Source: Owenia fusiformis
Taxonomy: Eukaryota
DNA length: 64,000 nucleotides
Reading direction: 5' to 3'
Assembly: GCA_903813345.2 (NCBI GenBank)
Contig: CAIIXF020000001.1
Coordinates: forward strand, 39,308,001 to 39,372,000
Shown here piece after piece: positions 53,242-64,000 of this stretch (position 1 is its first letter; every line of letters starts with the position of its first letter). The position numbers and the translations under genes were made by a program. The notes below the pieces were generated by a model, which worked only from the letters and a program-made list of their open reading frames with translations, did not search any database and was not told where the DNA came from.

Positions 53242-56000
53242 TAACTCAAGTGATGGAAATGGGTGAGGTGCCCTGTGTCCCAGATGGCTTCTCTGCATAA
53301 ATAACTAAAGAAAATATGCTCATTAATATCCAGAGTAACATTGTAGTCTGTTTATGCGATAATGATGTCAGAAGATAATTGAATCACAATAAATCAGTTA
53401 TTCTAATAGGTTTGAGTTAGCATTGCGATTCTTTGAATTAGATAGCATTCCAACGCACCAGGGGAATGACACAGAAACAATAGAGAATTGAGTGCCCAAT
53501 TTCAACAAATTACACTTGGCATTTTAATCAGTTCAGAAATGCACTGCTTGAATCAATGAAGATGATTGATATAACACAAAATGTTACCAATTAATCAATT
53601 TTTGTCATTAGGGCATTGTTCTAGTGATCAATGTTTGAGTCACGCCTGTCAAGTTCTACAAGCTGCAAAAATAAATTGATTTTGACTTCGAAAATACATT
53701 TAACTAATAGAGTTCTTTTAAGAAAGAACATGGTTGTGAGGTCAGGGATGTATTATCAACTTTTTATAGTCTCTTATATATGCCAATCTTACCAACCATG
53801 CGTCAATAGATAATGTGTCTAAGTCACAGCCAAAAGGAAATATCTAAGGCTTTTAAGATAACACCCAAATTAATGGAGCTATTTGTTAGTTGATATTGAG
53901 TCAACTTATCATTAACAAGGCTATATGAGAGAATGGGATTTATTTGCTATATTTGAAGTGGATAGAAAGTGTGGGAGAGAGTTTGTGATTATGATAATCA
54001 AATATCAAAGTATGGTATTGATCAACCCTTGGATCTCTTTCAAAACAGATGGAAATATTCTTGAAACTTGTTTATTTTCTATACAGACCCCATAGCTCTT
54101 ATTATATAACTTGAAAAAGCTAATGAACAAAGGATAAGTTATATTTTGGCATTTTCCACCCATTTCCAAGTCCTATACCAATTGATGATAATCTATAAAA
54201 TGTTCAATTAAAAAAGTATCAAATTATCTCTTGATGTTTGAACGTTGCAATGAGGTTATAAAGTCTATTTCGATCATAGTAAAAACATAGATCAGTGTTT
54301 ACCATAGCTCTGAAAGAAAACACCAACGAAACATGCTTTCAATTGAATGTAATCTTTTTTAATAGACTTGGATTATTTACTCTTTCTCCGATCCCTGTAT
54401 AATCCTAAACCATAATTAATAAAACAAATATGATTTCCGTTTCATTTTGTAACATAACCCAGCCTGTGAGCTGGAGAAATGGGAAGCAAATATTTGCTGG
54501 TTGCATTATTGGAGGCCCTGTTTGATCTGTGGGTAGACCACCCTAGAATAAGATTTCGCGAAATTTCATACTTTTTTAGCAAAGAGATGAAAAACTAGTT
54601 ATTATAGACGAATGGGACAAAAAGCTAAAAGGTGATGTTAATATTCTAATTTTTGTATCAAAAGCATGGTTGCCCCATGTGTGATTCTGGAGCAAGAACC
54701 ATTGAGGTATTATTACAGATATATTGTATCTCAGGATTGCTTCTCCAACTTCACAGATCAATCAACTCGTCATACTGTATAACCAGGAATAAAATCATCT
54801 TTTTTTTCATTTATATTATCTTTGAATTACAACAAAAAAATTGAAAAATAATTGGAATAAGACTTTGGCCATTGACCTAATTATAAGGAAATACCTAAAA
54901 ATCAGGTATTTTATATGAGAGTTACTTATGTAAAAACAGCAGATAAAGCAAGATTTTTTTATTTGTGGGTACATATATTCCCTTATCAATGGATCATTTA
55001 GTGGAGGCCAAGTTGATTAAAGATGTAGATACAAGTATATCATCTCATCATGAAATAGGCTGCAATAGCAAGTCATTGTAGAGTCTTGATTTAGACCTGG
55101 TCACTGGAAACTAATGGCCTGTTTGAAGTATAGCTCAATTAATTTATATCATTTCAGAATTATCGTCTGTAAGGAACATCATTGTTTTAAAGTTGCATAG
55201 TCTAGAAATGCCAACTTAAGTTGTTAGATTGACAGTTGAGACAGCAATTGATTAACTTTGGTGTTCAATGTCCATCTTCAATGTCTTCCTCTTATTCATT
55301 AGTATTCCTTGCCACATTCTCATAGCATTAGGAGATCTAGCTTGAAATGTCAACTCAAAATGTTATTGTCTGAATACAAAGTTTCGGTATTGGTAGCCTG
55401 GGAGGAACCATTGGCAGCCATACTTTAATGTGTTTTGGGTTATTATTTCATTTCAATTTTCCTTGAATTATTTAACATTCAAACACAATAAAAAAAAGCT
55501 GAAGTGTAACATTGAAGAAAGTTGAAAGAAATTGGTATCATGTCAACCTATAAGACTGATCCTAAGCACCACAATATGCTATGCACAAACCAAAACCATA
55601 TAAATTAAAGACCTTCTAACACTCTAAAACCAAAGTGTGTCAAAGACAAAATGCCAAAAGACAAAATCTTTAGCAAGTTCAAGTTTAGGTGGATGTTTTA
55701 TCTGGACACACTATCTTCATTATTTTTAGATCCCCCTTATTAAAAATGCCAACCCCCTTTCATTACAAAGTGGGCCCAGAACTGAAGATTTTGTTTACTT
55801 AAATTGTTTGTTCACCAGGTGGCTCCACATATCACACAGAGCCCTCTTTTGAAGACCATGTTTTGGATTTTAGATTGTTATGTCCTCTATTTTTTGTTAC
55901 TGGTACTCAATGGTCAATGTTTGTTACAATATTTCTATATTTTCTATAACTCAGATGGTTACATTTTGTGATGTTAATGCCATCTTTTGTATTATTGTAG

Positions 56001-56177
56001 GTCTGCCCAGTGGCTATCCACGTATCATACAAAGCCCTCAGTTGAAGGCTGTAGAGAAAGACCGTAATGCTGTGATGGTTTGTGAGGCGGCAGGTAACCC
56101 AGATCCAACAATAATGTGGCTTAAGGACATGATACCTGTGGACATGTCAGATCCCAGGATCACTCTACTTCAATCAG
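56001..56177 (+). CDS. Lar: LAR-family RPTP exon, N-terminal half of Ig domain 2
   Basis: Acceptor ttattgtAG|56001, donor G|GTAAAC, 177 nt, phase 1-1. Encodes GLPSGYPRIIQSPQLKAVEKDRNAVMVCEAAGNPDPTIMWLKDMIPVDMSDPRITLLQS, matching the LAR-family motif PQLKxVExxRxAxMxCxAxGNPDP. Confidence 0.97.
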
Positions 56178-56334
56178 GTAAACCTCATAGTTCTATAAAC
56201 TTCAATGTACATATATGGTATTTATCTGTCAAATCAAGTTATATGCATTATACAGTATTTCTATTTATTATTTTAAACATAATTTTTTGTAATTGATTAT
56301 TTGGTGGATGCTAATCTCAAGATTCTCCCAAACC

Positions 56335-56540
56335 ATGAGAGCTTCGTCTCCTGGAGCTTGTACTTATAACATGGAGTTCCTCTCCTAGAGCTAGGATCAT
56401 AGAGCAGGTAGCCTGAAGCTCTTGGAACTTTGGAGCAGGTAGCCTGAAGCTCTTGGAGCTCTTGGAGCAGGTAGCCTGAAGCTCATGGAGCTCTTGGAGC
56501 AGGGAACCTGAAGCTCGTCTCCCAAAGCTAGTCTCTTGGA
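56335..56540. repeat. Minisatellite, unit of about 31-32 bp (ggagcaggtagcctgaagctcttggagctctt)
   Basis: Four clear units at 56401-56516 with degenerate flanks. Explains the repetitive ORF 56397-56642. Confidence 0.9.
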
Positions 56541-57314
56541 GTAGGCCTCTGGGAATAACAACATAAATCTGCTTTGTTTGCTACAATGAATTTTTGATGA
56601 GTAAAAATAGTCCTTCATGTCAGCTTGATAAATGGTTCCCAAGATAAATTATCATCCTATATGTCTCATGTATTTAATGTATTGTCTACTGAGTTAATCA
56701 TGTGTACGGTATGTTGAACTGAAGACATAAATGATGTACTTTTCATCTTTATCTAGAAATGACTTCACTTTTGTCTAGTAGAATATTTTATGCAGATGCC
56801 TTTGTATATTAAAACATTTGATCGATCAATGTATTTTATTTTATCAATATTATGGATTTTAATAATAATAGAAAATAGATTAGATGTTTATTGATTATGA
56901 TTTGATTTCTGTTTCACTTATACATAATTTGTCATTTAACAATGTTTGGAAAGAAATTGACCAAAACAATTCTATTACTGATGTTATTCATAACATTTTG
57001 AACATGCGTTATTGGTTGCATTTTGTCTGTTCACCATGGCTTCACTTTTACGTAGAAAACCTGTTCAGAGGAAGAATACCCTTGTTCATTTTACGCGCTA
57101 TCATTATATAGTCAGTTGCCTACACAAGTTGTAGCTGGCTTTATCGCTTTATGGATAACATCATGTGATATCGTTTTGGTCAATTCACTAAATGTGCAGT
57201 GTCCACTATAAGTTCTATAGCTGATCACATAAATGTCTAGGGGTGAATATGTATTAGGAGGGTAGAAATATATCATTGATTGACTATCTTAGATCAATAT
57301 TATCATCATTGAGA

Positions 57315-57415
57315 TAGTAAAACCTATCAAATCTGACAGCCTGGATCTTAACACCACTGCGACCAAGCAAAATATGTACAGATTAGAAAGGTGTTCAGAT
57401 ATACAGGTTTTACTA
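57315..57415. mobile_element. Tiny Tc1/mariner-type MITE
   Basis: TAGTAAAACCT / AGGTTTTACTA inverted termini and an aggtgttcag subterminal motif. Confidence 0.7.
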
Positions 57416-57734
57416 TATCATCGATCTAATAGTTCTGATGTATATAATTCAACACAAAATGTTTCATTATATCATAAGGTGGTAAGACTAACAATAGCCT
57501 TGGGCTTTTGGTGATATTGTCTTAGCTTTTTATTGGGCATAAAACAAACACTGCATATAGCATCATAATTATAATTAAAAGCCCAAAGCTTGAGATAGTT
57601 ATCATTACCAGCTTTGCCTTAAAGATTTAGGACTGGTCAATGATGTGTGATACCAAATAGATTATATAAATAAGCTTTTGCCGTTTAGATGTATGTAGGT
57701 CATTCTTAACATTTTTTCTTTTCTTAATTATTAG

Positions 57735-57752
57735 CTGAGGACAAGACCAATG
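57735..57752 (+). CDS. Candidate 18-nt alternative microexon within Ig2 (meA-equivalent position), adds AEDKTN
   Basis: Branch-like CTTAAC, then tract attttttcttttcttaattattAG, exon CTGAGGACAAGACCAATG and donor GTAAAC. Phase 1-1, no stop. No transcript evidence is available. Confidence 0.55.
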
Positions 57753-59731
57753 GTAAACTACGCGGGATTGCATGGGATTTTACCTAGAGCTGTGGTTTTT
57801 GAAATGCATTAATAGAAAATAGCTTTATTTCAGCCATAATGTTTACATTGGGTGGTTCTTTGAAATTGTAGTTGATATTACATAGATTCAGAATTTGTTA
57901 CCATCGACTTGAAATTTCATGTCTCACGTTTTGTCATATAGAACTTTCGGAGAGTGACAATTATATTCATGTGTGTTCATATAGACAATTAGAGCATCTT
58001 TTTATTATGTAATATTGGAGGTCCATTGCTAGCTGTTAATGACATTTTGGTAGTAGAATTTTGTAGCTAGTTTATGTGTTTGCTGGTGATGATGAAGGCA
58101 TGTACTGAAATTATTCATCAAATGAACATCTGTTGAATTCAGCGTTTAGGTCATAAAAGGCGTGCATCTCATTAAATAGAAAAAATGTGTCATATTATGT
58201 GTTTTGTCAAGTTGTCTTCTTAAATGCTTTTGGTAATGAAATGAGAATGTTTACGGATGTAGCTTTGTATTTGTGCATCAAACTGACAGGACCACCCTCT
58301 GAAAACATGCATCTCCAAAAAGTGAATAATACAGATTGCATGCCAGTAATTTACAACATGATTCCGTATTAATATCTAGATTGTGTGGACGTATCCACTA
58401 GGGCTTGCTATATAGAGCTGTTTTACTTTTACAGAAAAGTTAAAATGGTTATAATTCTTACTAATCTAAATATAATGTATTAAGTATTGTATTCAATTAA
58501 CCCACTAGTTTATTTAATTAAGATTTGACAATAGTGTGTAATTAAGGATATCCCATCAGATTTTTGGTGACCTCCATACCCCATGAACATACCATTAGGG
58601 CGTGTAATCCAATTCCCAGCTGTAATCAAATCAACAAAAATGATTTGAGCTTGCAACTAAAGCGAAAGCTTTGCAACTAAGCAATTCTCCTGACATAATT
58701 TGTAATCATTAATACTTGAAAGATGCATAACCCTTGCAATATAATGATTTATACCATGATTCGAGATACTGTTTCACAAAAACATTGTAAAAGATGATTC
58801 ATGAAATCCAATTGTCTTTTACTCAACTATGAAATTGTAACATCCAGAAAGACAATTGAAATCAGGAACAGCGATCTACAATGTTTTTAGGAACAGGCTC
58901 TTGCATAATAGAAAGTATTAAAACTTTGTCAATATTTCATATTGTTTTATTTTACAATAAATATTTTTATATAAATTGTCTCATAGAGGCACTGATTCAA
59001 TACAATGGCACTTATTCTAGATGTTTCTATGGCACTTGGTACATTGTCCTTATTCAACAGTTTGAGGAACATCAATGGTTGAAAACTTAAAAAACATATT
59101 TGTTTATTCTGTCTCAACACTGAATCATAAGATAACTATTATTTTTGGGGTTTCCATGGTATTATTCATTAAGACATATCAGAATATAAAGTACTCCTGT
59201 ACTTGACTACAGGTTATTTTAGGGGAGCTTTTGAGAATCCCCGATGCATTCATCCATCATTGTATTGATAGAATTCCTTTTAAAGATAATCCATGGACAG
59301 ATAGTTGATGTAGTCAGTCCTTCTGAAAGTTCTCCTTTGAGAAAAGCCAAAAAATGTTTGATATAATGTAATACATTATGTATGTTGCCTTATGGCATCT
59401 TCTGATGGCTTAATATATGCTTCTCAGAATCAGTGAATTATCCTGAAACAATGGAATGAAATAATTGGTTTATATTTTGCTATATGGAGCAAAAACATTA
59501 TGAGGAACAAAACTTGCCTCTCGTTTATACAGTTTAGTACTTGAACCATCATCCTCCAAATGCAGGGGTTTAGACATCACTCACTCTCCTCCTTCATTCA
59601 GCAAAGGAACATAGTGAATGATGCCTGGATTTCTGCATTTGGAGTATGCAGATTCATTTCGATGAAACATTGCATAAGACATGCAAATTCACTAATCATC
59701 CATTGTTTAATAACATGGTTGTATTTTACAG

Positions 59732-59842
59732 GCTCACTGCAGATTGAAAAGGTGCAGAGACCAGATGAAGGGAGATACGAATGTGTCTCTTACAATGACG
59801 CTGGGACCACCTATTCCTACCCTGCTAATCTCTATGTTAGAG
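59732..59842 (+). CDS. Lar: LAR-family RPTP exon, C-terminal half of Ig domain 2
   Basis: Acceptor gtattttacAG|59732, donor G|GTAAGA, 111 nt. Encodes [37 protein letters not shown], with the LAR-family ANLYVR ending. Confidence 0.97.
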
Positions 59843-62446
59843 GTAAGAACCAATAGAAACCAAGCCCAGTATATGGGTGTATCTAGGCCTGGTTGTACCA
59901 TAATATGCTCTTGCTTTTAGTGTAACATGGATAGGTCCTCATAATAAATAATATATACCGTAATTTCATTTCTGCATTTAAAGTTTGTTTGTTATTGTTT
60001 TCGGCGGGTTGAAAGTTTTCTTCAAATGAAATGTTTATGTTAGGAAAATAGTTTTCTCAGAATCAGAATAGCTAGCAAGTAATGGTGAAGTTGCAATATA
60101 TCAAGAGCAATCAAGCAATCAGTCAACTAAAGGACTGATTAAGTTAGTACTGTCTAAAAGAGCTAATGTCTACATGGCATTATATAACCCTTCACAAATT
60201 CCAATATATTCAGTCTGATCTTCATTTGGAGCATACAACAAAGTGACATTCTTCCTACCATTTCTATCCTTGACCTAACATCCCTGACTGAGAATATATT
60301 ATTCTAAGAGTGGGCAAAATGAATAAAAACAACAAGCAAATCAAATGGAAATCATAATTTTAACTTGGATGCGATTTCAAAATCCCAAAATGAATAAAAA
60401 ACAATCGATTGGCGATTTTGGTAAAAAACAACAGGAGAAAATTATGAGTTGCCTGTTGTTCATGGAACCTCTGGGACTCAAGTCTGCTCCATGCTGTTTA
60501 ATATGCAATGATAAACTCGTCATTGTAGAATGTTAATTCCCTGTGTCCATTCTAGGTTTACAGGACCTTTCAACTTGATTTGTGCCCTTCCTATGAATTG
60601 TTCATTTCTGTCCAAGAATGGGGACATTTAGTTTAAATAAACAAGGAAAGTGCCCTGTTTTTTAGGTTTGTTGCATACTTAATGGAATTGACCGCTAGGC
60701 AAGTCTCAAGTGAGACATTTGTCCAGTAAATTTGAAAAAACAGCTTTGTCAAAGTGTAGAATTAATCTTACAAAGGAGGGTTACAATAGAAATTTGTCGC
60801 CTTTTGTGGAATTCTCAACATGTTCTTATCCAGGATGGCGCAAAAATGCAACCCTTTAATTTTGGAATAATTATTTTCAATTAAGATGGAGATCCATGAA
60901 GCAATGGTTTTCGTATGTATATAGCACCAACTTCTGGGATTAAGAGATATTACTTTTTCCATCTAGGCAAGCTCTCACACCAAATTACACTAAATTCAGA
61001 AATTTGTCTTAGTCAATATTACTCAAATAATCAAGTCAATTCATCCTAATTTACAAAGTTATTTTTTTATCAAAGTGGGAGGATAAGTTATACTATTCAT
61101 GATGGGTATGATGGAAGTAATCCGCAGACAACCAGAATGACTCAAAAAAGACTAAGACAGAATTTCAATTTCAGAATTGCATTTGAACATTTCAGAGCGT
61201 AGATGGAAATGTTTTTTTTTAATTTTTTATGCTTTTCACAAATTATTGTTTCATGCATCAAGCACTCTATAAACACAAAGAAACTCATGAAGATTACACC
61301 ATAATTGAGAAAGTTATTCTAAAACTAGCGTTGCATTTTTTGTACCACTCTTGAGTTGCCTTACCACACACGTGAGCTAAAGAATTAATTGTAAGCAAAC
61401 ATGAATGAATTGGTCAGAATTTCATTGATACAATATTTTGACAGGAATCTCTTCAGCGTGTGCCATAATAGGGTTACTTAAGCTATAATTCAGCCTGAAT
61501 GTACTGTGATTGCTCTGCCTTTTGCCCCAAGCATCACATTGTGTTGGCATTAAATCGTATAATGAGATTAAGATTGAGTAAGCGCATCATAGATCTCCTC
61601 GGTGAAGCCCACACTTATTTTATTCTTCAACACTGAATGTTGGTCCTGTTGTGTGAAGTCATATATCTTAACTTATTTCCTATTAAGTGAAGCTTTGTTA
61701 GGTAAAATATCCTAGCATTCAAGCAAAGAAAGAAAGGTAATTGTGAAATAATTAAAAGGTTAAAAAACATTATTCTTTGTTATGTTATTGAGAAAAAACT
61801 CAATGGTATGCACTAACTGTCTTGACTCATTCTGACAAATATACCACAAAGCTTGAATATAGATATATATCGATCCGATCACTAAAATATGGTTTTATAT
61901 GATCAGAATTATAATTATCAGTCTTTTATCAATGTAAGTTCCATTGTGAATATGACTCAATTTTTTCATATTTCATCTGTCTCATAAATACCTATAAAAT
62001 CTATATTAATTGATAATTTAGATGTCAGAGAGCTGTGTCATAGTCTATGAGTGAGATATAAAAGTCTATAAAATAGATATTCCCAGAGAAGAGAGCAATT
62101 CTCAAACGTAAATGCATATCCATAAAAATAGTTAAAAACATTACATCGCCACTAATACAGTGAAAAACTTGAGAGGTGTGTAACTTAATGGGAATAATTG
62201 CATATGCAAGTGAATTTATGTTCCAATTTAAGCATAGTTAGTGTTTTTGTCAGAATGCATTATCACAATCTCTTGTTTAGTCATACTTTTATGTCAATAA
62301 CTTCTATATATGTGCCAGAACACTCTTACCTCTACCCCATACATTATTGTTGAATCTGTAGATGTATTCTACATACATGTCGAAATGAAATCTAAACGAA
62401 ATCAAAACTTATCTACACATCTTCTATTCTTTTGTTTTTGTTGCAG

Positions 62447-62716
62447 TTCGTAGAGTACCTCCACATTTTACGATACCCCCAGAGAGTGCTGAAGTGATGC
62501 CTGGTGGAGATGTTAATATTACCTGTGTGGCTGTCGGCTCCCCCATGCCATACGTTAAGTGGCGACTAGAGGCTATTGAGTTGACCCCTGAGAGAAACAT
62601 GCCTGTGGGTCGCAACGTCCTGCAGCTGACTAACGTCAAGGAATCCGCCAACTACACATGCGTGGCTGTATCTGAGCTAGGCAATATTGAGTCTGTTGCC
62701 ACGGTGAAAGTCAAAG
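62447..62716 (+). CDS. Lar: LAR-family RPTP exon, Ig domain 3
   Basis: Acceptor tttgtttttgttgcAG|62447, donor G|GTGAGA, 270 nt. Encodes [39 protein letters not shown]...[39 protein letters not shown], containing the diagnostic PTPRD/F/S motifs. Confidence 0.98.
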
Positions 62717-63187
62717 GTGAGATTTTAACACTTCACTCAGGAATTGTTTTACACAGTGTACATATAAAACACTATTACAAATATATTTCTGTGTAAGACA
62801 TACCTGTTTGATACAGTGTAAGGTTTGCTGTGTGATTTAGGGCAACACCTATGCTATTTGGAGTGACAGCCTTTTTGACTGCATTTGAAACCATGCATAT
62901 TTGAGCCAGATATATGCTTTTTCCACTTGAATGTTGCTTTTTGAACAAATAGTGATATTTGTATTTATAGTACATGTACTGTGTATCATTTGAACAATAG
63001 AATTATGAATTTATTTCTCATTAAAATATTTCAGCAAGTAAGTAAAATCAAAATAATTTTTATATGATATTATTATACATTTTACAAAGTATTTTTGTTA
63101 CATTCTATATGATTTTTTACATAGAGAACCATGTAATTTTAGCCCTGTTTAAGTAAATGTATTTATTTCCCATCATGCCTCTCTTAG

Positions 63188-63199
63188 TCCCAATTACAG
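63188..63199 (+). CDS. Candidate 12-nt microexon between Ig3 and FN3-1, adds VPIT
   Basis: atttatttcccatcaTGCctctcttAG|TCCCAATTACAG|GTAGGT. Frame-preserving in phase 1, TGC at -12 to -10, strong donor. Confidence 0.4.
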
Positions 63200-63713
63200 G
63201 TAGGTTGACTCGTGTAATGTTGCATTGTGGGATTGCTCTGAACACTCCATCTTTTCAGTATTGATACACGCTAAAGTGACAAGTTAGATGTATATATGGG
63301 CCTCTGCCATACTGTTGACTACTTTTTATACGTTAATACACCATATATGGTGATGATCTGTTAACGTAATAGATGTTTGCAGACCTGTAGCATTCTCCAA
63401 ATATAGGGTTCCATTCCTCACATATATGTCCATATTTGGAATGAGCTGCTCCGTACAGTCTCAGTACTAGCCCTGAGCTAAATATGGAACCTTGTATTTG
63501 GAAGATGGACCAATAGTTTCTCCGAGGACTTCTATTTTATATCAACATGACTTGTGTATCTTCAGTTCGAAGTTGATGTCTTCAATGTTTTCACATGTTT
63601 CAGGCTATTGAAATATTTAAAAATAAATATCCAGACCTGAAGATCAATGAAAATATCAATTTGTTTGAGTATGGTTCTTACATATGACTGTTCTTACAAG
63701 ACCTATATTTATT

Positions 63714-63732
63714 ATATATATATATATATATA
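63714..63732. repeat. (TA)n microsatellite
   Basis: Directly visible. Confidence 0.9.
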
Positions 63733-64000
63733 CTGTACTTACACAAGCGATGGGTTAAAATAGAAGAAATCCAAGTCTATGAGTTGTTCAAATGAACTTC
63801 TGGAAAGCAGGTCTTGGGAACATGTAGCATTGTCGTAAATGACCACTACAAGTCTTTATCTCTTGACTAATCTCCTTCAAATATATTGTTGGACTCTGAA
63901 TGTAGTCATAGATTGACACCCATAGACTCTCAACTGAAACTGGAAGCATCTCTGATGTCCGATCTTGTATGTTGGAATTGTTGTATCACCAGTGTTTCAA

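Noticed and set aside
61716..61736. 21-nt AG...GTAATT segment (AFKQRKK) in the meB intron
   Set aside because: No polypyrimidine tract upstream and weak splice signals.

Overview
AT-rich, intron-dominated eukaryotic DNA from an invertebrate animal. The protein and repeat content suggest a lophotrochozoan such as a mollusc (inference). The window holds the 5' part of one large + strand gene for a LAR-family (type IIa) receptor protein tyrosine phosphatase, orthologous to Drosophila Lar and vertebrate PTPRF/PTPRD/PTPRS. Five exons join in frame through phase-1 GT-AG introns: signal peptide (38449-38527), Ig1 (48801-49100), Ig2 in two halves (56001-56177, 59732-59842) and Ig3 (62447-62716). The FN3 and phosphatase exons lie beyond the window. 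A CpG-richer zone at about 3.6-5.4 kb with a perfect splice donor at 4221/4222 is the likely promoter and first exon, implying a first intron of up to about 34 kb. The best leads are (i) an 18-nt frame-preserving microexon candidate in exactly the intron where vertebrate LAR-PTPs carry mini-exon meA, plus a 12-nt UGC-preceded candidate after Ig3; (ii) a recursive-splice-like AG|GTAAG start on the signal-peptide exon; and (iii) an intact 1158-bp non-autonomous transposon with RSS-heptamer-like CACGRTG ends and a 5-bp TSD (Transib/RAG-like), with a second near-identical partial copy. The introns contain many MITEs (piggyBac, hAT, Harbinger, Kolobok, Tc1/mariner-like, Helentron/HINE-like), tRNA-derived heads and minisatellites. 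Most ORFs in the supplied track are spurious.
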